Assembly: GCF_006345805.1 (NCBI RefSeq)
Contig: NC_043007.1
Location: forward strand, 60,202,001 to 60,266,000
Source of the DNA: Octopus sinensis
Lineage: Eukaryota
Direction: 5' to 3'
DNA length: 64,000 nt
Under the pieces are notes generated by a model, which searched no databases, was not told the origin of the DNA, and was given only the letters and a program-made list of their open reading frames with translations. Of the stretch, positions 1 to 12,105 are shown piece after piece (within the stretch, counting starts at the first letter, position 1; the number at the start of each line of letters is the position of its first letter). The translations under genes and the position numbers were made by a program.

Positions 1-2065
1 TATATGAGTATTTATGACACTATTGTTGTTTAAAGTTGTTTTTCCATGCTGGCCTGGATTGGACAAATGTCTTATAGAGGCATTGTTTTACAACTGGATG
101 CCTTTCTTGTTGCTAACCTGATTTTCATGTTAGAGATCTCTCACTCCAAGTGGTTTTGAAGGTGTGAAAGGAGCAGATGGTTTGTTGGCAGAAGAACTGT
201 CAACAGTAACACCACACACATAATCAGTCTCCATATGATTGCAAGTACACACATGCATGCACGTGAACATTTTTCAGTTTCTTTGTACCAAATCCTAGGT
301 CAGAACAGGGCTATAGTAGAAGACACCACTCATGGTGCCACACAGTGGAACTGAAACTTGAGCACATATTTGGTAAACAAATTTCTTAATCAGAGTTATA
401 CCTGCACTTTTTTAGCTTCTTCATTTCATACTTTGTTTTTACAAATTAAAAATATATTGGCTCACTCAGTAATAATCAATGTAAAATACTCCAAATTAAT
501 TTGACAATCTATTATAAATGATGACCAATTTCAGTTCAGTACAGATTAACTTGTTAAAAAAAAAATAAAATACAGTTAATAAAAATAATTCAACAAAGTG
601 CAACCATGACTTTGGTTAAGAAGTTCACCAAGGACCATGTAGTTCACTGCTGCTACATGGACACTGGTGGCTAGTATTTTCTGCTATAGCCACAGGTTGA
701 CCAATACCTAGTGGGTGAAATTTGGTCGACAGAAAATAGCTCATCATATATATATATATGACTGTGGCTAATTACCTTTGTCTTAACATGTGTATACTGA
801 TGATAAACAAAGCATCACAGTTCATACAAACAGTGTTGTTTATTTGCAATCTGTAAGAAAGCATGTCCAAGCTGTTCTTTGTTTCATTAGAGTTGGGGGG
901 GAAATATTAATTTGTGCCCCAGCATGACCATAATCTGATGACTAAAACAAGTAAAAGATATATATACATATAGATAGATGTTATATTCTATCATAGCATC
1001 ATAAAGGACCAAATATCTACATACTATCAGACCATGTGCCCAGTTAAAAATTCTTATCAGATAGTGAAACAAGATTCAGGAATGATTTCAGAGCTGCAAC
1101 ACTATGGCTTTCAACACATTTTATGATGTTGTTAGCTTATAAAATTAGCTTAGAACTTTGTGCATAAATTTCTAACATATAGTGAATAATTTGTGAAAAT
1201 TCTGAAGTATAGTGAATAGTTTTCTCTTGTTAGTTTCTATTGAGAATAACTTTTTAAAAATGCATTCTCTTTTGGAAGCTTTTTTTTTTAACAGGAAATA
1301 AGTTTAGAAATAAAAATTTCGGTCTTGAGTACATTAAAGTCTTTTTAATCTTTTTTAATTGATTCACTAGTAGAAGCAAGATAAATTTATCAAACTAATT
1401 TTCTTTTTTCCATCCCCTACACAGTGAAATTTTGATTGGTTGCTTATTTTGTTAGCTATCTTCAATCACAAACTTTTATATTTTCACCCCACTATCTATT
1501 CTCATCAACAGTCTAGACCTAAATTACATTTCATACATATCTAAAATACATTAGATGCTTTTTTCAGTAGACAACTGTGGACATATTTGAACTTGAATTC
1601 CATTATATCTTTTCCACATGATGACTTAATGTCCATCTCAGATAAAATCTGATTTTTTTTTTTTTTTTTTTTTTGCTAAATGAAGTATGAGATCCTTAGA
1701 ACTTTCATTACCATATTTCTGTTGAAATCCATTTCCTTTCTTTCAATTAATTTTTAAAATAATGAAGAATTTTGTAAATTATTTTGTCATTATGAAGCTG
1801 GTATTTCAAACAAATTAATGTGAAATTTTGATGGAAGATTTTAATTTAAATCACTTTAAAGCAAAGTTCAAACTTGATAAAATTGGGCAACATCTTGTTC
1901 TTGAAAGCATAATAAACTCCTGCGTGGTTTAAATTTGAAAACAAAACACTGTGTGCATTCAACTCCAGCTATCTTTAAAACTTGTGCTAACGTCTCTTCA
2001 TGCCATCAGTATGTAAAAAACAATCTTTATCTTTCACTTGTTTCCTGGAGCCATGAAGGGTTTTA

Positions 2066-2368
2066 CTTGAACCCCAGTACTTATTTATGAATCTTGGTAC
2101 TTATTCTATTGATTTTTTTCTTTTTTGTTTAACCTCCAAGTTATGAAGATGTAAACAAGCACCGGTTGTCATGTGGTGGATTACTGACACAAAGATGCAC
2201 ACAAACACATACAGTGGGCTTCTTTGAGTTTCTATCTACCAGATCCTCTCACAAGGCTTTGATTGGCCCTGGGCTATAGTAGAAGACATTTGCTGCTCAA
2301 AGTGCCATGCAGTGGTACTGGACTAGAAACAATGTGGCTTGGAAGCAAACTTCTTAACATGGAGCCAT
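2066..2368 (-). mobile_element. SINE family A (tRNA-type head), diverged inverted copy
   Basis: Reverse complement of the 2393-2806 element (GGCTTCTTTGAGTTTCTATCTACCAGATCCTCTCACAAGGCTTTG...GCTATAGTAGAAGACATTTG). Boundaries approximate. Confidence 0.75.
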
Positions 2369-2392
2369 ATATATAAAAAAAAAAAATCTATA

Positions 2393-2568
2393 GGTGCAGG
2401 AGTGGCTGTGTGGTAAGTAGCTAGCTTACCAACCACATGGTTCCAGGTTCAGTCCCACTGCGTGGTATCTTGGGCAAGTGTCTTCTATAGCCTTGGGCTG
2501 ACCAAAGCCTTGTGAGTGGATTTGGTAGATGGAAACTGAAAGAAGCCCATCATATAAATATATATATG

Positions 2569-2603
<35 letters not shown>

Positions 2604-2806
2604 TTGTGTTTGTCCCCCCAACATCGCTTGACAATCGATGCTGGTGTGTTTGCATCCCTGTAACTTAGCAGTTCAGCAAAAGAGACCGATAGAATAAGTA
2701 CTAGGCTTACAAAGAATAAGTCCTGGGTTCGATTTACTCGCCTAGAGGCAGTGCACCAGCATGGCTGCAGTCAAATGACTGAAACAAGTAAGAGAGTAAA
2801 AAGAGT
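2393..2806 (+). mobile_element. SINE family A, near full length
   Basis: Head GCAGGAGTGGCTGTGTGGTAAG...GGTTCAGTCCCACTGCG with A/B-box-like motifs, internal (TA)n(TG)n tract and tail GAAACAAGTAAGAGAGTAAAAAGAG. Homologous copy at 37713-38097 and many fragments. Confidence 0.9.
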
Positions 2807-4773
2807 ATCTTTTTCTTTTAATTTAATTTTAACCTCATTAAATGTGTTTTAACTACAAATCACCATAGATTCTCAAAGCATCGCCATTATCAATGAATTG
2901 TATCATAGTTTCTATTGTTTAAAAATGAACTGTTCAGTTTTTTTCTAACTAACATTTAATTCATGATGGTGTTAATGAAGATAATATTTAATGGTTGCTG
3001 TTTGTATTCTGTTTAAAATACTGAGATTTAATCATGTGCCAATTTGTTCAATTGGTTCCAATTACTAGTAATTGATAAGAGTAGGTAGAAGTTAACTTAA
3101 TGAATTGTATGCAAGGCAGAACTACAATTTTCTTTGAAACTTTAAATATTTAAATTTTCTTTGGCTTTTTTTTTTTTTTTTTTTCTTAGCTACTCAATGA
3201 ATGTTCAGTACAGATAGATTTGAGTTTATGTGCTTCTGTTATTAACATAAATTTATTACATTACTATTGCAACTACTTACTTAAAATATTGCATATTCAC
3301 GGGCTGTATCATATTTATGTATTTAATAGTTTAGTTGATAAAATGTGATGTAAAATGTATTTAGGTGAAAGTTTTTGTTTATTTGTTTCTTAGTCAGGAA
3401 AAAAAGCATTGTTTCAAGACCTGCTTTTAGGGTATCTGAAACTCTTGAGAGGGTATCTGCAAACTGGAAGCTTGTAGTGAATGCAGCAATGGGGTGAATT
3501 TTACTTAAGGCATCCAAGGTATCGGGTAATGATATTAAACTGGGCATCCAAGTAGGCCATAGCTGGATTTGAACTCAGAACATAAAGAATTGGAACAAAT
3601 ACTGCAAGACATCTGGTTTTATTTACATTCTTACAGTTTTGCTTATCCACAGATTTGGATTGGTAATTTTTTTTTATCAATTCTAAAAGGATGGAAAGCA
3701 AAGTTGACCTCAGTGAGATTTGAACTTGAAACCCAAAGAGTCAGAAGAAATTTTCCATAACATTCTGCCTGATGCTCTAACAATTCTGTCAGTTTGTCTT
3801 TTTTTTTTTTTTTTTGAGAGATGAATATTAGCTAAAAGGAAAAATATGTCTTTAGTTGAGAATGTCCTAGAAAGGTATGGGGGTATTATTTGTGATATAT
3901 TACTTGAGTAAATACAGATTTCAAAACTTGCAATGATATAAATTCAACCAACTTGTTGCATGAGAAAATGGGTATAAAATTAGAATAATCTGTTATCTCT
4001 TACCTTTTATTCATTTCAGTTATGCAGCCATGCTGAGACGTCATTTTATGGGTTTAGTCAAACAAATCAAACCCAGCATTTATTTTTAAGACTGATATTT
4101 TATTCATCTCTTTTTGCCAAACTACTAAGTTATGGCAATATAAAACAATCTAATCCTGGTTGCCAAGTGTACATGGGGGAAAGAGGAAGGCACACATAAA
4201 CAAATATGTATATGTACATGGCAGGCTTCTTTCAGTTTCCATCTACCAAATCTACTCACACAAATTGTTTTCTGATATATTGCATGGATGTGCAATATAT
4301 TGCTGTTATATTACTGCACTTGTCTACATGGAAACTGGTACCAGCTTCATTTCCAAGTAGTAAGGTTGATTGGGAGGAGGACTGTAGAAACACTTCTCGG
4401 TATTGGAAAGACTGATATATTGAGAATATAATAAATATTGATTCTTAATGCAAAGAAGATACAATTTAGCTTTACATTAATTTAGACAGAAATATCTTTA
4501 AAATGTGTGTGCTTATTGTTTATCTATGTGTGTATGTTATCTATTGGGATTTTGGGCTGCTACAGTAGAAAATAGCTTTTGCTATCTTCCAGCATAGCTT
4601 TTACTTCAGTGGAGAGATACACAACTATAATGTCCTACATGACTCTAAATTCTTACTTTAAAAGAATAGTATTCTGTCCACTACTACTATTCAGATAAGT
4701 TTTAACAAACTATACAGCTGTATAAATTAATGTACCTAAGGAATTTAGAGTTTATCCAATAATGTTGTAATTT

Positions 4774-5210
4774 TATATATGTATATATATGTGTGTGTGT
4801 GTGTATATAAATATACACACACACATATATATATATACACACATATATATATACATATATATACACACATATATATACATGCATGTATATTAAACATATA
4901 TACATATATATAATTATATAAATATATATATATATACATACATATATATATACATATATATATATGTATATATATATATGTATATATATATATATGTATA
5001 TATATATATAATGTATATATATATGTATATATATATACATATGTATATATATATATACATATGTATATGTATATATTATATATACATATGTATATGTATA
5101 TATATATATATACATATGTATATGTATATATATATATATATACATATGTATATGTATATATATATATATATATATACATATGTATATGTGTATATATATA
5201 TATATATATA
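4774..5210. repeat. Compound (TA)n/(CA)n/(TATG)n microsatellite with ~30-bp higher-order units
   Basis: Seen directly. TACATATGTATATG(TA)n recurs about every 30 bp at ~5081-5190. Source of the YI/IY ORFs. Confidence 0.95.
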
Positions 5211-5456
5211 CAAGATAAGAAAATGGAGAAATACATCTAAATCAAATATCAATTACCAGATAATACTCAATCACATACTTTATTAAACCACCACATAAGA
5301 GACTGTAGGGTTAAACATAAAAAAGCAGAACAAATCAGTGTACATAAAAGAATGTACATAAAAAAGTGTACATAAAAGAGTAATGTTGTATAATAAGTAG
5401 AATATATATAAAAGAGAATATAAATATAAGTAAATATAAATATAAGTATAGATTAC

Positions 5457-5583
5457 ATCTTACAGCTGTTTCGGCCATGTAGATAAGTATGTCTCATTTT
5501 ACCAATATTAGCCTTTTATGGTAGGTCAATATATAGATATAAATGAGACATTTACAAAAATATCATAAGGCCTCTTCGGAGAT
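5457..5583 (-). ncRNA. Minimal type I hammerhead ribozyme motif (U4C core, ~100-nt stem II)
   Basis: Minus strand: AUCU-CCGAAGA-GGCC...(internal 11-bp helix AUGUCUCAUUU/AAAUGAGACAU)...GGCC-GAA-ACAGCUGU-A-AGAU. Stem I AUCU/AGAU, palindromic stem III, predicted GUA cut between 5461 and 5460. Confidence 0.7.
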
Positions 5584-5644
5584 TATGTGATATAAAACAT
5601 AAAAATATGTGTATATATATGTATGTAGATACATATGTGTAATT

Positions 5645-5725
5645 TGGTACGATCGTTTCACACTACATCATTGTATTAAATGTAAGTATTACAACAGTTT
5701 TTAAATGCTGAGCACTCATCAGCCA
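5645..5725 (-). ncRNA. Minimal type I hammerhead ribozyme motif (canonical CUGAUGA core)
   Basis: Minus strand: UGG-CUGAUGA-GUGC-U-CAGCAUU...AAUGAUG-UA-GUGU-GAA-ACGAUCGU-A-CCA. Stem I UGG/CCA, palindromic stem III, predicted GUA cut between 5648 and 5647. Stem II base is mostly G.U pairs. Confidence 0.7.
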
Positions 5726-6951
5726 TTAATAGAGGTTTTCCATTAATACATAATTTTCATATCAAGTGGTAACATTATAGAGAAGGTGATATGTTATTGA
5801 GATCTGACTACTATTTCTAGCAGGTTGAACAACATAATATAGACACATCAAATGAATTAGCTAATTATTGTTCTTAATTGTTTTTTTTTTTTTTTGCTTG
5901 AATTTCATATTTTCTGCTTGTTATTTTGTCCTTCAGTTAATTGTGTTCTCTGTTCTCAGCAGTTGAGGTGCCACCATAATGCCACACATTGTTTTTGAAA
6001 AAATGGTTCAATATGTGATGTTAATATGAAGTGCACACACACACTCTGAATAATTAACATTTTTTAGAAAGTTATGTTCAGGTACTCGACTCATATAACA
6101 GCTGTTATAGTGTATCTTTTAATGTTTGTTATGCTACTGTCAGAGATATCGAGTAGTTAGGATATAGGTACCAATCCTGTTTAATAATAATGGTTTATCA
6201 CTTTACAAATGCACTATGATTAAAAATACATGAAAATGTCAATTTACAAAACCTTTCAGTCTTTGCCAGTACCCACACAAAACCTGCTCTATTAAAGGAC
6301 TCAGGCATTGTCATTGTTGATTGATTCAGTCAACATTTCATAAAGGAAAGATGAAAATTTATCATTAATTCAGGTTTAGCATCCATCTATCTATTCATCC
6401 TTATCTAGATTAGATGAGTTTGCTGAATGCAGTTGGCACCCTCTCAGATAGACATTGTACAAGAATTGTGATGGGGTGGATTCTGATTGTACAATGGATG
6501 TGATATTTTGTGTACAAAAGTAGAGGTTTGAGTGGCACTGCTTTAAGTGGTGTGTTTTTCTAATTGATGTGGCTTTATTTGTCCTTTTTATTGTTTTGAC
6601 ACATTCACTCTAGCAGAGCATCCTTTGTAATGAAAATTATTAGTTTTTCTCTTGCTTTTTTAGTTTCTTTATTTGGTAACTGTTGTTTAAGTTTAAGCAG
6701 CAGCTGCATTGAACCAGTGATATAAAAAGTACTGTCAGTTTGACTTGTGAAAAATACATCTGCTCTTTAGAAAAGAAATCTTTCAGATTTATAACAAAAT
6801 AATCATTGTTTTGTATTCACTAATTCAGGAATTGTATGATTGTTGCATGATTCAGGAACAAGAGAGTTCATACCACATTAGACTTGTGATTAAAATTCAT
6901 CTTTGTGGATAATGTAAAAGATTGTGAATAGTATTATACATTTAAAGGAAT

Positions 6952-7151
6952 TTAACCCTTATATGACCATATTTCTGTTGAAATGCACTGCTTTTATTCC
7001 AATCAGTTTTGAAATGGATGGGAGCCTGTGTTTGAAACATAAATTAACATGAAATTTTGATGGAAGGCTTTGATTTAAATTGTTTTTAAGCAGGAAGTTT
7101 GTATCCTAGAATGAAGGACAGTTTCAGACTGGTTGTTATCAAAAGGGTTAA
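6952..7151. mobile_element. piggyBac-type MITE (TTAA-flanked)
   Basis: TTAA|CCCTT...ATCAAAAGGG|TTAA, ~190 bp, interior similar to the 34193 and 41001 copies. Confidence 0.75.
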
Positions 7152-10100
7152 TAACATGACCACTGAAGGAAATGAATTTTTGAAAATGTTTAAATTTGAC
7201 TTTTACTGTATTTTTTTTTCTTGGAGAGCATCCAAAAGAAACTTTTTAATACCTCATTTGTGAAATTTGGATGAATATTTTAGGAAATATGACAATTTGA
7301 ATGGTTACTGAATTGGTCGAAATCTTGCCTAATGGTCTTTGAAACTGAGGTGATAATTATCTTCAAATTACACAAATTAATATTGTCCATGGGATAGTAG
7401 TTGCCTCTTTTTTTTTTCAAGTTCTTGGAAATGAAATTTTTTAAATATTTGTTGCAAAGCCTATTTTGTTACATTGTAAGAAACAGTCAATTTTGCAATG
7501 CTTTCAGACCTAACTAAATCCAAAAGTACTTGGCACATTTGTTGTAGGTATAGAACTAAATAAGCCCTTCTGATTTTAGGACATGACACCATTTCAATAT
7601 AATTGTAATGGACCATTAAAAATGGCTATAAATGGTAGTTTTGGATCAGGACACCCACACAAGTTGAATTTTTTCCATTTTGACCAGTATTTCCCCAATT
7701 TTTTTTCACCATGGCCATGTAAAGGATGGGAGGAAGCTTTTTAGGAAACAAATTTTTTTGAAAATTCATGTCTTCCCCCTACCCAGACTGATTTTGGCGA
7801 ATTTCTTTTTGCAATATGCACTTAAAAGCAATAGAAGTCCTTTTGAAAAATAGAAAGAAAAAAAAGTGAAAAAATTTTAGATGAAAAGGTGTGTGATTTA
7901 AAGAAGATTTAGATGTTGTTTTTAGCACATACCATCACCACCAGATGGTTGAACTGCATGTAGACCTAGATTTAAAAAAGCAAAATGTGAAAATTCCTTG
8001 CTTTTGCATTAAAAACATCTGTAACTTACAGCAAACTTGTAGGAGAGAGAAAAAAAGACAAATATGTATACACAATCACAAATTATCTGTATTCAAAATT
8101 TAGAAGAAAACAACAAAAAAAAAATCACATCAGACTTTAATAGTCTACAAAATAATATTCTTTGCACAGTATAGTTTTTATGGGCAAAATTTGACCAATA
8201 TTTCTTGAAGTAAAATTAAATTTACATGTACAAGAATATCTGCTAGGTAAAATTTGGACCTCGCACACCACATATGAAAAACAGCGAAAGAGAATAAACA
8301 AAATTGACAAATCCATGTTAAGTTTTGTCTCTAGAAGACTTATTATGTAGCTCAAGTTAGTCCATTTTTGCATAGAAATTTGTTCAATTAGCTTGTCTGT
8401 TTTTTTTTTAATTTTGGCTCAAACTCAATATTTGAAGCCTTGGATTCATGTTCTGTTTCAGCTCTTGCCATGTGGGAATATGTCAGTTTGACAAGTAGCA
8501 TCAGTACGTGCTAATCCTATAGAACAGCTGTGGTCCCCCCCCCCTTTTATTGACTTTGCACTTTTACACCATCTCATTACCAGATTTAGTAATGGCTGTA
8601 TCAAATTCGCAAGAAATTTTTCTTTCATATGGTATAAAAATCTTGAAGGAAATTTTTTTCCTAAGTGAAAATCAATGATAAAATTTTCACTTTTATATTT
8701 CATAACAATTATCTTTTTTACCCCCATTGATTTCTATTGCAAAATATAGCAAAAAAAGTCTTCTTTGTGACTATATCATTTTCAACACAAATTAAGTTAC
8801 AGTGCTCCAGCACATGGTCCCGTTTTTGCTTTTGGCTGCTGAACAGTATTCCTCATTCTGGTTCAAACTTTGTGAATGGTCTGAAATACAAGGGTGACTG
8901 AGGGAACCTGACACGGTATTTAAGATTTTGATCAGAAGTATATAAGAAAGTTCACATCCAGTACTTCCAAATATTTAATTGTCCTCAAATTATGTATTTT
9001 GACATGAAAATGATCAAGCAAAAAGGATTTTTTTCATAGTTAAACTACTTGTCTCCATTCTGCAGAGCTCTACTGTGATACCTACTTAAATTATATCATA
9101 CAAATCTCATGTTCATATTTAGGCTTAACTAAATTTCTTTCTAATATTTTTGAAGCTATGTTTAGATAAAATAGGTTTTTGAGCTTATTAGAAGCAGCTA
9201 GTTTAAGACTATTAACATCTGTGGAGAGGGTGTAGGGTATTGGCTTTGAATGTTTTACATATAATTGTTTCTAACCAAATTAAAGATCCATATAACATAT
9301 TAGAACATGAAATCTTTTGCTTTTTAATCGATGAAAGAAATAATTTAATGTAGAATGTTTAATACCTTCAATTTTCTTTTGAAACCAAACCAAACTGCAG
9401 CTCTGAGTTGTGGATGCTAGTATTCAGACAGCTATAAAGCAAAGTTTAAGAGAAGCTCAAAAGTTTTCAGATATGGAGAAATTTAAGAGCTGTTCATTTA
9501 TGTGAACTGTGTAGTGATTTACTTTTTATTTGTTTGTGCTGATATATTTTCAATAACTTTAAAATTAAACAGTTAGAATGCTTCGTTAATTCCAATTAAT
9601 TTAAACTACTTGCAAGAAATTAGTTTTAAGCTACCTGGAAATTTGCTTTCTAGGTTTAATCCTGCTTTCATCTTTACTGCTAGAAACCTTTCATGTCATT
9701 AAAGAAACCTTTCATGTCATTAAAAAAATTTTTTTTTTTCACAAATTAGGTCAACCATTTCATGTTTTACTGTGTTGTGTAGGTGGACATTCCTTACAAG
9801 TTTGTCTGCCAAGCCTTTCATTTAAAATATTTTATTTTACCCTACTTTTTTCTTCTTTCATTTCATTTTTTGTCAAGTAACAATTAAAAACTGATCAACT
9901 GTTTCATTTTTAAGTGACTAGATGGTGATATATAAACACCAACTGTTTTATCTAAATGGGAATGTAATGTTCTCATTTAAAATAATAAACTGCTAATTAT
10001 TTACTGATTCTGTCGCAGAAAAAAAAAATCATGCTATCTGCTCATATCATAAACAAACTTTAGTTCTGTGTAAGCACAAATCATTTCCAACAATAATATC

Positions 10101-10615
10101 ATTAACAAAGCTTTAATTACTTAAACAGCAAATATATATATATATAATGTGTGTGTGTTTGTCCATTATGCCATCATCATTTAATGGTTACTTTTTAGCT
10201 GAAACAAATTTTTTACAAGTGGATGATACCAACCATCACTTATTTCCAAACAATGTAATATTTCCCATGGCTAGACATGTTTTTCACGGAAGACTGGAAA
10301 CAAATGAATTTGCTTGTGCGACACTACATATTTTACAAGTATCATGTGATGTCAAGAGTACACACATTCATTTATAGATATATATTTATGACAGGTTTCT
10401 TTCAACCTCCATCTACCAAACCCACTAACGCACTCATAAGGCTTTGGTTGGCTCAGGGCTATAATACAAGACACTTGAACTGAAACTGAGATCACATGGT
10501 TGGAAAACAAGTTTCTTTACTACACTGCCGCACATGCTCACACACACACATACACACACACACACAAAATTAAATAAATGACAAGGGAAGAGGAAATTAT
10601 GTAATGAACTTCAGT

Positions 10616-10696
10616 AGCTTACTGCTGTTTCTGCTAGAAGATGCAGTGCACTCAGAGCAGAGCACTTATTCATTTCCTTATACCTTCCTTGGAGCT
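10616..10696 (-). ncRNA. Mirror hammerhead-like motif in the left palindrome arm (more decayed)
   Basis: Minus strand: AGCU-CCAAGGA-AGGUAUAAG...CUUCUAGCA-GAA-ACAGCAGU-A-AGCU. Confidence 0.45.
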
Positions 10697-10773
10697 CCAA
10701 GGAAGCTATAAGATGATGCACATGTACTCATCTTTGAATGCACTGCATTTTATAGCTGAAACAGCTGTAAGCT
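10693..10773 (+). ncRNA. Hammerhead-like motif, probably inactivated (core CCAAGGA)
   Basis: AGCU-CCAAGGA-AGCUAUAAGAUG...CAUUUUAUAGCU-GAA-ACAGCUGU-A-AGCU: 4-bp stem I, 12-bp stem II and the same stem III as the 5457-5583 motif. The G5 position is A. Confidence 0.55.
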
Positions 10774-12105
10774 TATGGAGTTCATTACATAATTTCTTTG
10801 TATCTTGTCATTTATCTAATTTCAAGTTAGGCTCTATACTCAACTAATGCTTTATTCTGAAGCATATGTTTATTGAATTCTAACACCAGATTATATCACT
10901 ATATCTAAGCAAAATAAATATATAAGTTCATAAATCATATAAGTGCGCAAATGGAAAACAGACACAGAAGGTCGCCAATTCCTTGTTAGTTATCGGTCAG
11001 AGGGTCAAACGCTATTTCATGCCTTACAATGTGTGTGTACATGCATACATGTGTGTGTATACAACCGAAGTGACAATCTAACATTTTCAAGTACAGTTAT
11101 TAAAATTTCTTTGATTGAGTAACAATGCAAGGGTTCTTTTACAGAATAACAAAATGCCACTAAGCTAGAATATTTCCTAAGATGTGGTGGACCACTTCCC
11201 AGGTGTTTGTCTTAGTTGCAAGGGATTGCTAGGAATCATTCATAACTCTGGTCAGTCAATCTTCCTCGGGCATTTGCAGCTGCCTTTCATCTTAAATTAT
11301 TGTGTATGAATGAGATGGACTTCTTGTAGACTTCTCGAATTTGAAAAGAGTGTGTTGTGCCAAGTAGAGAGGTGACAATACAATGATCACTTTGCATATT
11401 ATAATATCTGTAAATAATGTTTCTGTCAGCCTACCAAAGATCCTACTGCACCTTTTGAGTATCTATTCCTTACACTGAACACATAGCATCAACTTCCAAC
11501 TTCCCTTCTATTCAGTGAAAAAAACTTTGAGTTTTTCATGCTTAGCCTTCAAGATCAAATTCTAAACTGAAAAGTTTCTGTATTGATTCATGTTTCATTT
11601 TTCAGTTTTTAATTACTCAGCATATTTAATCTCTTCACCATTATCACCACCAATCACTAGAATGCTTAAATTGTATTTATTTAGTTTGCTTCTCTTTTTT
11701 TTTAAGTATGAAGTTGTCTTATTTTTAGTCTGCAATGTTGTTACATGGAATGATTCCAATCAGGAATTTAATCTTAATTTGCAACTTCGTTTGAGCAGTT
11801 ATCACCAAAACATTTTTTTAATAATTGCTTTATCTCATTAACTTTTTATACATAGCAGCAGTAACATTTTCTATTCTATAACAATTATAGTTTTATAGTG
11901 AATTCTCAAGCGTTATATTATTTGGATAATTCTATAATAGTTGCATAATGTATGAAATTTATTATCTTCAGGTTACATGGTACTCTTTTTGAAATAGGTT
12001 TGTGTTAGCAGTAAATCTGTGTTTGTTGTCCATGGTACAGAGCCAAATGATAGCAAAAAATTTCATAAACTTTAATAATCTTGCACACTGATGAAGAATT
12101 TATGA

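Larger units (their letters stand above)
5211..5730 (-). mobile_element. Penelope-like/retrozyme-like terminal-repeat segment carrying two hammerhead motifs
   Basis: Contains the two motifs listed next. Minimal type I hammerheads with palindromic stem III are characteristic of Penelope-like elements and metazoan retrozymes. No RT ORF nearby, so the family assignment is inference. Confidence 0.5.
10567..10822. repeat. 256-bp imperfect palindrome centred on AGCT (10693-10696)
   Basis: Arm pairs keep a constant coordinate sum of 21389: TAAATGACAAG/CTTGTCATTTA, GTAATGAACT/AGTTCATTAC, AGCTTACTGCTGTTTC/GAAACAGCTGTAAGCT, ATGCAGTGCA/TGCACTGCAT and the perfect core CTTCCTTGGAGCTCCAAGGAAG. Confidence 0.9.

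Noticed and set aside
4702-5286. Long YI/IY-rich ORFs (up to 163 aa)
   Set aside because: Read-through of the (TA)n/(CA)n microsatellite; the same applies to the ORFs at 59629-60009, 61276-61545 and 62799-63044.
7230-8760. Possible non-autonomous DNA transposon with AAATTTG(G/A) motifs and the 8458-8727 ORF
   Set aside because: No TIR pair or TSD could be established and the ORF has no recognisable motif.
9682-9723. 21-bp tandem duplication (and a 25-bp direct repeat at 42842-42897)
   Set aside because: Ordinary slippage duplications with no further structure.
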